From: Myxococcota bacterium
GTDB taxonomy: Bacteria > Myxococcota_A > UBA9160 > UBA4427
Assembly: GCA_030748735.1 (NCBI GenBank)
Contig: JASMLK010000080.1
Coordinates: 16,697-80,696 of the forward strand
Direction: 5' to 3'
Length of the DNA: 64,000 nt
The first letter of the stretch is position 1; each line of letters opens with the position of its first letter. A program made the position numbers and the translations under genes. This document shows positions 37,131 to 45,606 of this stretch, piece after piece. The notes beneath the pieces are model-generated. The model ran no database searches. It saw only the letters and a list, made by a program, of their open reading frames with translations, and was not told the origin of the DNA.

Positions 37131-38444
37131 ATGACGAACTTCGAACGCATCCCGCGATCGGCCCAGGAGCAGGAGCTGCTCGACCGCGCAGCGCACATCC
37201 TGCCCGCGAGTGCGCGAACGCCAACCATGTCCCTCGACTCGGCCATCATCGTCAAGGAGGGTCGCGGCTCGAAGCTTCGAGACCTTTCCGGCAACGAATA
37301 CATCGACTACCTGCTCGGCTCGGGGCCAATGTTCGTCGGGCACTGCCACCCCGCGGTGGTCGCCGCGGCCCACGAGGCGATCGACCACGGCTCTTCGTAT
37401 CTCCTTCCCAACGAAGCCGCGGTGCTGCTCGCCGACGCGATCGTCAAGGAAACGCCCTGCGCGGAACGCGTTGCATACGGGAGCACGGGGAGTGATGCAG
37501 CCTTCTTCGCACTCCGACTCGCGCGTGCCTATCGCAAGCGCGACAAGATCTTGAAGTTCGAAGGCGGCTATCACGGCCAGACCGACCACGCGATGATGAG
37601 CAACCAGTGGACGAAGCAGCCGGCCGACTACCCCACCCCGGTGCCAAACAGCGAGGGGATCCCCGCCGCGACCGCGGGCGACGTCCTGGTCGCTCCCTAC
37701 AACGACATCGACCGTGCCGCCTCGCTCATCGAAGCCAACGCCGACGACCTCGGCGCCGTGATCGTCGAACCCATGCAGCGCACGGTGACCCCGCGCGAAG
37801 GCTTCCTCGAGGGCCTGCGCGAAGTGACGCGCCGTCTCGACATCCCCCTCGTCTTCGATGAGGTCGTGACCGGCTTCCGTTTCGGCCTGGGAAGCGCGCA
37901 AGGTTACTACGGCGTCACCCCCGACCTCACCGCGATGGGAAAGAGCCTTTCCGCCGGACACCCCCTCTCGGTCGTCTGCGGCAACGACGAACTCATGCAG
38001 TATGGGGCGGGTGTGCGGCGGCTCACGGGCGACTACGTCGCGATGACCGGGACCTTCAGCGGCAACGCGGTTTCCTGTGCGGTCGGGCTCGCGGTCATCA
38101 AGGAGCTACAGAAGGAAGGCGTCTATGAAGCGCTCTTCGCGCGGGGGCGGCGACTGAGTGAAGCCGTTGCGAGTGCATGCGAAAAGAACGACATCCCCTG
38201 TCAGATCGCGGGCGAGCCTCCAGCCTTCGAGCCCTGGTTCACCGACCAGCCGGTCGTCGACTACCGGTCGAGCATGACCGCCGACCCGAAGCTCACCTAC
38301 GGCTTCGCGCAAGCGCTGTTCAACCGGGGCATCCTCAAGGCACACGAGAAGTTCTTCATTTCGATCGTCCACAGCGACGAGGACATCGACGTGACGATCG
38401 ATGCCATGGGCGAAGCTGCCGAGGAGATCGCGGCGAACCGCTGA
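37131..38444 (+). CDS. Class-III aminotransferase (glutamate-1-semialdehyde aminomutase-like)
   Basis: YIDYLLGSGPMFVGHCHPAV.., GSTGSDAAFFALRLARAY and DEVVTGFR..MGKSLSAG (PLP Lys). AGGAGA RBS precedes the ATG at 37131. Confidence 0.9.
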   Translation: MTNFERIPRSAQEQELLDRAAHILPASARTPTMSLDSAIIVKEGRGSKLRDLSGNEYIDYLLGSGPMFVGHCHPAVVAAAHEAIDHGSSYLLPNEAAVLLADAIVKETPCAERVAYGSTGSDAAFFALRLARAYRKRDKILKFEGGYHGQTDHAMMSNQWTKQPADYPTPVPNSEGIPAATAGDVLVAPYNDIDRAASLIEANADDLGAVIVEPMQRTVTPREGFLEGLREVTRRLDIPLVFDEVVTGFRFGLGSAQGYYGVTPDLTAMGKSLSAGHPLSVVCGNDELMQYGAGVRRLTGDYVAMTGTFSGNAVSCAVGLAVIKELQKEGVYEALFARGRRLSEAVASACEKNDIPCQIAGEPPAFEPWFTDQPVVDYRSSMTADPKLTYGFAQALFNRGILKAHEKFFISIVHSDEDIDVTIDAMGEAAEEIAANR

Positions 38445-38611
38445 CCGCACTTTCGCCCGACGCGAAGCGGTGCAAGGCACGGTGCTCGCTGCGGGCGAGT
38501 TGCAGCTCTGCTGCCGGAGCACGGCCGCTCTGCCGCGCCCTCTTGCATTTCATCCCGCGGCACCACGACAAACGGGTCAAGCTGCCTCGTGGAGACTCCG
38601 ATTGTCTGCCC

Positions 38612-39154
38612 ATGAGAAACCAGTCTGAAATTCGAGAGAACACCCGACGACGTGGCTTCAGCATCATCGAGATCATGATCGCGATGGCGATCATCGGCGT
38701 GTTGTCCACCATCGCGATCCCGAAGTACATGGTCTACCAGCTCAAGACCAAGAGCGCCGAGGCCAAGACGAACCTCGGTGGCATCCGCACTTCGCAGGAA
38801 GCCTACTTCTCGGAGTACGGCGTCTTTCTCGCCGCGAACCCCGAACCCGCCCTGATCCCGGGCTCGAGCCGCACCGACTTCGACCGCGTCGGCAGCGACT
38901 TCCAGGGACTCGGCTGGCAGCCCGAAGGCAATGTCTACTTCTCTTATGGCGTCGGCGTGGACGCCGACGCGACCGCCTACACCGCGGATGCCGGTGCGGA
39001 CATCGACGCCGACGGTGTCGTGCAGTTCTGGGCCTACGCCAAGCCCGAAGGCGGAGGCGCCCTGGTGCCGGCCGCCGTCGGCTGCAACGTCGGTGCGATC
39101 ACCGGAAACGACGTCGTCCCCTGTGACCCTGCGGCTGGCCAATCGATCTTCTAG
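38612..39154 (+). CDS. Type IV pilin-like protein (paralog of 2525..3082)
   Basis: MRNQSEIRENTRRRG|FSIIEIMIAMAIIGVLS. Colinear with pilin 1 through AKTNLGGIRTSQEAYF.., ..YTADAGADIDADGVVQFW.. and the C-terminal ..GQSIF. Confidence 0.85.
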   Translation: MRNQSEIRENTRRRGFSIIEIMIAMAIIGVLSTIAIPKYMVYQLKTKSAEAKTNLGGIRTSQEAYFSEYGVFLAANPEPALIPGSSRTDFDRVGSDFQGLGWQPEGNVYFSYGVGVDADATAYTADAGADIDADGVVQFWAYAKPEGGGALVPAAVGCNVGAITGNDVVPCDPAAGQSIF

Positions 39155-39169
39155 CCCGAGCGAACCCGT

Positions 39170-40945
39170 ATGAACGAAGCCGAGCGCTCCGAAGCCGAAG
39201 TTCCTGCCGGAGGGGCTCGCATCGTTCGCCAGGACTTCGCGTTGCGGAGCCGCTTCAACCGGCAGCGCACGCTGACTTCGTCGTGGAGCGTGCTGACCAT
39301 GTTGGGGCTCGTTGGCAGCGATCACCACCTCGTTTCCACGGCGACCGCGATCGATACAGAGCTCGCAGCACTGGCCAAGATCCCACGCGACCAGCGGGAC
39401 GATTCGAGGCTCGAAAAGATCGACGCTGCACACGATGCGATCGAATCGGAGATGCGTGAGTTCGCGGGCGACGTCTCGAAGGAATCGCTGCACCGTACGC
39501 TCCCCGATCTGGTCAAGAACGACCGGGCGCGGGCCGTCGACTTTCTCGACCTCATGCTCACGATGGAAGGAGACGGCCGGGACCACACCGCCACCCGCGC
39601 CGGCACCACCGGCTTCGTGATCTCACTGCTGTGCATGGATCGCCATCCCGGCTCGGAGACCCTGGACCCGATCTCGCTGTCGCCGCGCTTGTTCTATCTA
39701 TGCGAGCAGGCTGCCGGGACCGCCGATCCGCAAGTGAGCGAGATCGCGGGTGCACTCCTCGCAGAGCGCGACCAGCTCGACCTTGCGACTTCCGAAGAGC
39801 GAGCCCCCGACCTCGTCCACCAGTACCGCCACGAGATCGGCGAGCACTTCTTCGTACCGGAACTTCTCCGCGCCTTCGTGGCCTACCGCGGCACCCAACT
39901 CATGCGGGCATTTCCCTATCACGCGTCGTCCTCAGCCAGCACGGCCAGCGAAGATGCGGCGCCGTCTGGTGACGTATTCGCCTCGCCGTTCGAAACCAAG
40001 GTCATCCCCGCCTTCGCGGCTGCGTTGCAGCGCCGGATCGTTGGCGAACAACCGCGGCTTTCGGCGATCGATCGCGTCGCCTGGTGCGTGGACCTCGACT
40101 TCCCGAACGATGCGGAACGCAAGGCACTTGCCTCGCCAGGCATCGGTACGCGCGAAAACGTTCCCGGTACGACCATCCTGGTGGGGCTCCTCTGTCGTTC
40201 CGCCGAGATCATCGCCGACGAACTCGAGCCGATCGGCATTTCGCTCGAACGCCTCACCGAGGACTGGGTCAGAGAACTCAACAACGCGATGAAGAAGCAC
40301 AGTGATCAGCTTCTCGTCGAAGACTACAAGCGGGCCTGCGCACTTTCGGAGCTGCGCACCAGGTACCTGCTCACCGCCCTTTCGGACGCGAGCCGCGAAC
40401 AGCGCGTTCGCGAACCCCACAAGCCGAAGCCGGCTTCGACGAACGAAGACGACGGCCGCGAATTCCGCAAGAAAGCCCGTGATCTCGCGAGCAAGGCCGC
40501 GTCGTCCCCCGACAAGGCCGTCGCCACCACTGCAGAAACGCAAGAAGGCAGTGGTCTCGGCCGGCTCTGGCGGGGCTTTCCGCGGGAGATGCGCGTCAAG
40601 CTCGGGGTTGCTGCGGTGACCTTTGCGCTCTTCGTGGGTTTGCTCGCCCATACGCTGTGGCCATCTGGCGAAATGCAACGCATCGACTCCGCGTGGCTCG
40701 CGTCGGTGACGCCGCACCTCGTCGCCGGCTCGCGCAATGGCGCGGGTACTGGCACGGCCTTCGTGGGAAAGGTCGACGCGGGTTGGCGTGCATTGCCCGC
40801 GGCGGACCAGGAAGTCGTCGCACTCACGATCGTCGAGTCGCTGCAAGACGATGGCCTGGCCAACGTCATGATCTACGACGACACGGGCGTTCTGCGTATC
40901 CAGGCGCTCGGCGACGGCAGTGCACGCGTCGTCCTTGGGAACTAG
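39170..40945 (+). CDS. Hypothetical 591-aa protein, single C-proximal TM helix; starts 16 nt after the pilin gene
   Basis: Uninterrupted high-GC3 ORF with an acidic/helical N-terminal ~470 aa, a TM helix VKLGVAAVTFALFVGLLAHTLW, and a ~100-aa C-terminal domain. No family recognised. Confidence 0.7.
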   Translation: MNEAERSEAEVPAGGARIVRQDFALRSRFNRQRTLTSSWSVLTMLGLVGSDHHLVSTATAIDTELAALAKIPRDQRDDSRLEKIDAAHDAIESEMREFAGDVSKESLHRTLPDLVKNDRARAVDFLDLMLTMEGDGRDHTATRAGTTGFVISLLCMDRHPGSETLDPISLSPRLFYLCEQAAGTADPQVSEIAGALLAERDQLDLATSEERAPDLVHQYRHEIGEHFFVPELLRAFVAYRGTQLMRAFPYHASSSASTASEDAAPSGDVFASPFETKVIPAFAAALQRRIVGEQPRLSAIDRVAWCVDLDFPNDAERKALASPGIGTRENVPGTTILVGLLCRSAEIIADELEPIGISLERLTEDWVRELNNAMKKHSDQLLVEDYKRACALSELRTRYLLTALSDASREQRVREPHKPKPASTNEDDGREFRKKARDLASKAASSPDKAVATTAETQEGSGLGRLWRGFPREMRVKLGVAAVTFALFVGLLAHTLWPSGEMQRIDSAWLASVTPHLVAGSRNGAGTGTAFVGKVDAGWRALPAADQEVVALTIVESLQDDGLANVMIYDDTGVLRIQALGDGSARVVLGN

Positions 40946-40948
40946 AAA

Positions 40949-40977
40949 GCGGGAAACCGGCAAAGCCGATTCCCCGC
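40949..40977. terminator. Imperfect hairpin between convergent genes (possible bidirectional terminator)
   Basis: GCGGGAAACCGGC-AAA-GCCGATTCCCCGC, ~11 bp with 2 mismatches. No clear U-tract. Confidence 0.3.
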
Positions 40978-41020
40978 TCCCAGACCTCCAGACTGGATCG
41001 CCAGCGTCGCTCGATGAGCG

Positions 41021-42226
41021 TTACGCCGAGTTGCTCTCCAGGATGTGGATGCCGCAGGCCGAAGCCAGGCCGATCACGTGGGCCAGACCCACCTTCGCGC
41101 CTTCGATCTGCCGCGGCCCCGCCTCACCGCGCAGGTGATGACAGACTTCCCAGATGTTCGCGATACCCGTGGCCGCGATGGGATGGCCCTTCGACTGCAG
41201 CCCGCCCGACACGTTGACCGGCTTGCTGCCGTCACGGAAGGGAGCGCCCGACTTGAAGAAGTCGACCGCGCCGCCCTCTTCGCAGAGCATCAGGTTGTCG
41301 TAGTGCACGAGCTCGGCCGTGGCGAAGCAGTCGTGTAATTCGACGAGGTTGAGATCTTCCGGCCCCACACCCGCCTGCTCGTAAGCCTGCTTGGCCGCGT
41401 TGCGCGTGAGCGTATTCACGTTCGGCAACACCTGGCAGGCTTCTTCGTAGGGGTCGCTCGTCAGGACCGAAGCCGCGATGCGGATCGCGCGTCGCTGCTG
41501 TTCCTGTGAGAGGGTCTTGAGCTTGCTGCCGCTCACGACCACTGCGGCGGCGGCGCCGTCGCAGTTCGCCGAACACATGGGGCGCGTGTTCGGGTAGGCG
41601 ATCATGATGTCGCCCATGATCTGCTCGAGGGTCATGGCCTTGGTGTAGGCCGCGAGCGGGTTCAAGGTCGAGTGCATGTGGTTCTTCTCGGAGATCTGCG
41701 CGAACAACTCGAAGTTCGCGCCGCCGTAGCGATGGGCGTACTCCATCCCCACCTGGGCGAAGGTGCCGGGCATGTTCTCCGTGCCGATGCGGCCGTCCAC
41801 GGAGCCGACTGCACCGAAGCGTCCGCTGCGCTCGAACTCGTCGCCCTTCTTGCGACCGCCGCCCGTACCGAGCAGGCCCGCGCCTGCGAGCTTTTCGACA
41901 CCGACCGCGAGGCCGAAGTCCGATTCGCCCGCCTTCACGCTCATGCACGCGACGCGAAGTGCGGTCGCGCCCGTCGCGCAGGCGTTCGAAACGTTGTACG
42001 CGGGAATGCCCGTCTGGCCGCACTGCTTCTGGATGATCTGGGCAATTGGGGCCGCACCACCCATCAGGTTGCCCGCGGCAATGATGCCCATGTCCTTCAT
42101 CGTGACACCGGCGTCCTTGAGAGCGGCCAGCGTGGCTTCACTCGCGAGGTCGACGGTGTCGAGATCGGGGTGCTTGCCGAACTTGGTCATGTTGATGCCG
42201 AGGATATAAACGTCTTCTGAACCCAT
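41021..42226 (-). CDS. Thiolase-like protein (SCP-x / lipid-transfer type)
   Basis: VYILGINMTKFGK.., NVSNACATGATAL (active-site Cys) and C-terminal GHPIAATG. Paired with a DUF35 gene, as is usual for this subfamily. Confidence 0.9.
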   Translation of the reverse strand: MGSEDVYILGINMTKFGKHPDLDTVDLASEATLAALKDAGVTMKDMGIIAAGNLMGGAAPIAQIIQKQCGQTGIPAYNVSNACATGATALRVACMSVKAGESDFGLAVGVEKLAGAGLLGTGGGRKKGDEFERSGRFGAVGSVDGRIGTENMPGTFAQVGMEYAHRYGGANFELFAQISEKNHMHSTLNPLAAYTKAMTLEQIMGDIMIAYPNTRPMCSANCDGAAAAVVVSGSKLKTLSQEQQRRAIRIAASVLTSDPYEEACQVLPNVNTLTRNAAKQAYEQAGVGPEDLNLVELHDCFATAELVHYDNLMLCEEGGAVDFFKSGAPFRDGSKPVNVSGGLQSKGHPIAATGIANIWEVCHHLRGEAGPRQIEGAKVGLAHVIGLASACGIHILESNSA

Positions 42227-42320
42227 GGCGTTCTCCTTCGTCGGTTCTATTCGTTGAATCGATTGACTGGAATCGATCGGTGATCGATTCGAAAAGTGGT
42301 TGGGGAAAGAAACCGACGAC

Positions 42321-42716
42321 CTAGGCCGCGGGTTCGAAGCCGAAACTGACGGCCTCGGTTCCCTTCTCGTCGGTCGCGGCGACGAAGGTCGTCAGCTTGA
42401 CCGGCATGCCGAGCTTCACGTGTTCGGGCGAGGCCTCGACGTTGACGATGTTGGTGCGGACGCTCGTGCCGTCGCAGTCGACGATGGCCGATACGAAGGG
42501 CACGTCGACGCCGGGCGGGGCGAAGGACACGATGGTGAAGGTCTTGACGGTGCCCTGGGTCGCGACGTCGGCCTTCTTGAACTCGGTACCCGAGCAGCCG
42601 CCGCACGCGTTGCGGCGATCGAAGAAGCGAGCACCACAACCGGTGCATTCGTTGGCGACGAGGTGCGGGTCGTCCCCGAGCACCAGGTAGTCGACATAGG
42701 GGATCTGGTTGGCCAC
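42321..42716 (-). CDS. DUF35 OB-fold / Zn-ribbon protein (thiolase partner)
   Basis: CTGCGARFFDRRNACGGCS is a Zn ribbon, followed by an OB fold. GTG at 42716 follows GAGGAGA. The longer ORF to 42974 is not protein-like. Confidence 0.8.
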   Translation of the reverse strand: MANQIPYVDYLVLGDDPHLVANECTGCGARFFDRRNACGGCSGTEFKKADVATQGTVKTFTIVSFAPPGVDVPFVSAIVDCDGTSVRTNIVNVEASPEHVKLGMPVKLTTFVAATDEKGTEAVSFGFEPAA

Positions 42717-42861
42717 GGAATCTCCTCGGTGATTCAGACGTTCTTGGTCGGTGAATCTTGGTTGGGGGCGCTGCCAACGAAGGCGGCAGCAACGCTGTGG
42801 ATAGCATATTCGGCGACCCCCAAGTCGAATCGCGAGTGTTGCGAGTTGCCGCAGAGGGCCC

Positions 42862-43015
42862 TCAGGCGCCGGCAGGAGGGCGCGGGTCGAGGATCGGCGT
42901 GCGGTCGCAATACGCGATGTAACTCGGGTCGCTTCCCCACTTCTTCTTGCCGCGGTTCTCGAGCAGGGGAACACCGCTCACTCAGCCCGAACACGCGCTG
43001 GTATTCGACGGGCAA
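42862..43015 (-). pseudogene. Remnant of a DUF1295/steroid-reductase-like gene C-terminus (frameshifted)
   Basis: The frame ending at 42862 reads VSGVPLLENRGKKKWGSDPSYIAYCDRTPILDPRPP*, which resembles the DUF1295 C-terminus. It is preceded by an in-frame stop, and the upstream PVEYQRVFGL is in another frame. Confidence 0.3.
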
Positions 43016-43017
43016 GT

Positions 43018-43278
43018 GGTGTCACGTTCGACAGCCAGGGTCATGCATACGTCACTGGTGAAACCCGCTCGACGGGCTTCTCCGGTGACACGGTGCTGAA
43101 CGGGAGCCCCCTCCAGGCTTCGTGCTCGAGCAACATCGACGCCTGGGTGCTGAAGCACCAGCGCGACAGCCCGGTCTTCGTCCCGGCGCTCAAGTGGGGG
43201 ATCGTTCCCGTCGTCTTGCTACTCGGCTGGTACGGGAGTCAGTCGGTACGCAGTGAAGGGACCGCGAAGAGCAGCTGA
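43018..43278 (+). pseudogene. Isolated SBBP-type beta-propeller repeat fragment with a hydrophobic tail
   Basis: GVTFDSQGHAYVTGETRSTGFSGDTVLNGSPLQ..IDAWVLKH resembles one SBBP repeat. No upstream coding partner. The ORF-track entry 43093..43278 covers only part of it. Confidence 0.3.
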
Positions 43279-43299
43279 GCCGGCTCCTTCGCACTAGCC

Positions 43300-44094
43300 C
43301 TACTTGCGGAATTGCTTGAAGTCCGGCTTTCGCTTCTGCATGAAGGCCGTGACCGCTTCGATGTTTTCCGGTGAGCCGGCGAGCTTCATCATCAATTCGT
43401 CTTCGATCTCGCGTGCGGCCTGGATCGCGTCCTTGTGGGGCGCTTGCAGGGTCTGCTTGATGGCGCGCAGCGAAGGCACCGACCACTGTGCGATCTCGCG
43501 CGCTTTCGCGAGGGTCGAGTCGTGCAGCTCATCGTCGGGCAGGACTCGCGCGCACAGGCCCAGCTCGAGGGCGCGCGCCGCGTCGATCCACTCGGCGGTG
43601 AACATCAACTCGTTTGCGCGTTGTCGGCCGACGGTGGTCTGCAGCGTGTAACTGCTGGCGATCTCGGGCACGAGTCCGAGGTTGGCGAAGGGCAACCGCA
43701 TGCGAAGGCTTTCGCCGGCGTAGACGATGTCCGAGGCGACCGCGATCGTGCAGCCACCGCCGATCGCAACACCCTGCACACTCGAAAGCAGCGGCTTGTC
43801 GAATTCGAAGAGCGCGTCGACGCATGCGAAGAAGCCGCTCTTCTTCCCGTCCTTGCGCGGCGGTGGCGGTTCGCCGCTGAACGAACCGAGGTCGACGCCC
43901 GAGGAAAAGTTGCCGTCCGCCCCTGCCAGTACCACGACGGCCACGCGCGGATCGTCGCGTGCTTCGTAGAGGCAATCGGTGAGCGCGTCCCACTGTGCTT
44001 CGTGGAAGGCGTTCTTCTTTTCAGGACGATTGAGGGTGGCGAACAGCACGCCCTCGTCGTCGAGGTCGCGCAATACGAATTCGGATTCCGGCAC
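43300..44094 (-). CDS. Enoyl-CoA hydratase/isomerase (crotonase family)
   Basis: ATLNRPEKKNAF.., VVVLAGADGNFSSGVDL and GVAIGGGCTIAVASD are crotonase signatures. Confidence 0.9.
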   Translation of the reverse strand: MPESEFVLRDLDDEGVLFATLNRPEKKNAFHEAQWDALTDCLYEARDDPRVAVVVLAGADGNFSSGVDLGSFSGEPPPPRKDGKKSGFFACVDALFEFDKPLLSSVQGVAIGGGCTIAVASDIVYAGESLRMRLPFANLGLVPEIASSYTLQTTVGRQRANELMFTAEWIDAARALELGLCARVLPDDELHDSTLAKAREIAQWSVPSLRAIKQTLQAPHKDAIQAAREIEDELMMKLAGSPENIEAVTAFMQKRKPDFKQFRK

Positions 44095-44143
44095 CGGCAG
44101 CTCCTGGTATGAATGACACCGCCTCAGCAGCGGGCCGGAACCT

Positions 44144-44325
44144 TAGCCCGGATTATTCATGAACATCCGTAGCGAGACGGTGCAGATTCGTGCTCTGGCA
44201 AGAGAAATCGGCGTTCCGCCGCGCAGACGTGGTTCACCCCACGTCGAGCAGCGGGACGCCGATTTCTCTTGCCAGAGTGCGGAGATGTGCCGTCGCAGTA
44301 GGATGTTCATGAATAATGCGGGCTA
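44144..44325. repeat. Long imperfect inverted repeat (~75-nt arms, ~31-nt spacer with its own hairpin); MITE-like element or structured 5' leader
   Basis: Left arm 44144..44219 and right arm 44251..44325. Outer 25 nt TAGCCCGGATTATTCATGAACATCC / GGATGTTCATGAATAATGCGGGCTA differ by 1 mismatch. An inner 21 bp, CTCTGGCAAGAGAAATCGGCG, is perfect. The central hairpin is GACGTGG-TTCACC-CCACGTC (44226..44245). Confidence 0.7.
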
Positions 44326-44391
44326 GCAGCCCCGTGTTGCCCGCTGGGCTAGCTTGCCGCGCGCCCACCGCGCCCGGAGGTTCGATCCAGC

Positions 44392-45582
44392 ATGACGAGC
44401 TTCGACTACGCCGCTAGCCCCGACCCCATCCGCAACGACCTGGCCGATGCCCATCGCCGGCAGTGGCAACGCATCGCCAACACAGGCACCTGGCTCACCG
44501 GCGCCCAGCGGGTCGCCGTGGCGGAGGAAACGCGATGGGCGCGCGACTGCGCGCTCTGCCGCGAGCGCAAACGGGCGCTCTCGCCCTTCGCAGTCGACGG
44601 CGAACACGATCATGCGGGCGTTCTTCCGGCACCGATGGTCGACGAAATCCACCGTGTCACGACCGACGCGGCGCGCCTTTCGCAGAAGTGGTTCGAGTCG
44701 TTGCTCGAGCAGGGCCTCAGCGCCGACGCATACGTCGAGGCTCTCGGCGTCGCGGTCTGCACGATCAGCATCGACGGCTTTCATCACGCGATGGGACTGC
44801 CCGTCGAACCCCTTCCCGAACCGAACGACGGCGAGCCGACACGCGAGCGCCCCGACGATCTCGTCGAAGGTGAAGCCTGGGTGCCGATGCGCGCACCGAA
44901 GGGCCTCAGTGCAGAACTCGGCCTTCCGGCCGGACAGGCGCCCTACGTGATTCGCGCGCTCTCACTCGTCCCCGCCGAAGTCCACGCCTGGGATGACCTC
45001 AGCGCCGCCCAGTACCTGAACAAGCAACAGATGATGCGCTTCGAAAAGGTCCGCGCGATCGACCGCTCACAGATCGAACTCGTGGCCGGCCGCGTCAGCG
45101 CACTCAACGAGTGTTTCTACTGAACGACTTCCCACGCGGTGATGCTCCGTGCGAGCATCGAGTATTCGGGAAGTGGCGGGCAGCTCGGTGGCATCACAGA
45201 GGGTTCCAAGGCGGGTGACGCGGGCATCGAGCATGGCGAACGACTTACGGCCTTCGCGGACGCAGCGGTTTCGGGTGACCCGGCAGCGCTGGCTACTGCG
45301 CGGGACGCCCTGCGCGAAGCGGCCGGGTCCGCGGTCGTCGTCGACGCCGCCGGCGTGATCGGCAACTTCCAGCGCATGGTGCGCATTGCAGACGGCTCGG
45401 GGATCCCCCTCGACACCATGGTCGACACGATGTCGTCCGACATCCGCGAAGACCTCGGCCTCGAGGGCTTCGAGAGCCGCAGGCTCGCCGAGCAGGGTGC
45501 GCTCGCGAAACTGTTTGCGCCGGTTGCGCGCGGGGCTGCAATGCTGGGACTGCGTATCGCGGGCCGGCGCGGACGTCGCTAG
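44392..45582 (+). CDS. Predicted selenoprotein: AhpD/carboxymuconolactone-decarboxylase (CMD)-core protein, in-frame TGA at 45121..45123 (C-x-x-U-x-x-x-H)
   Basis: ORFs 44392..45123 and 45139..45582 share a frame (747 nt offset). Read-through gives ..VSALNECFY-U-TTSHAVMLRASIEY.., which matches the AhpD C-x-x-C-x-x-x-H spacing with the His located after the TGA. GGAGG RBS present. Confidence 0.75.
45141..45159 (+). promoter_or_regulatory. bSECIS-like hairpin downstream of the UGA at 45121
   Basis: UGA + 17 nt + GAUGCUC-CGUGC-GAGCAUC. 7-bp stem with a 5-nt loop whose second base is G. Confidence 0.6.
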
Positions 45583-45606
45583 CGGATAGAGAGGAGAAGC
45601 AACAAC

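Noticed and set aside
45121-45138. Alternative reading of the four TGA sites as ordinary stops between pairs of adjacent small genes, as the ORF track implies.
   Set aside because: In all four cases the stop bisects a catalytic motif whose second half (PPC; TTSH twice; LFCRE) follows immediately in the same frame. The upstream pieces would be thioredoxin-fold or AhpD-fold proteins cut off at the active site. Each site also has a hairpin 13-18 nt downstream. Four such coincidences are unlikely.
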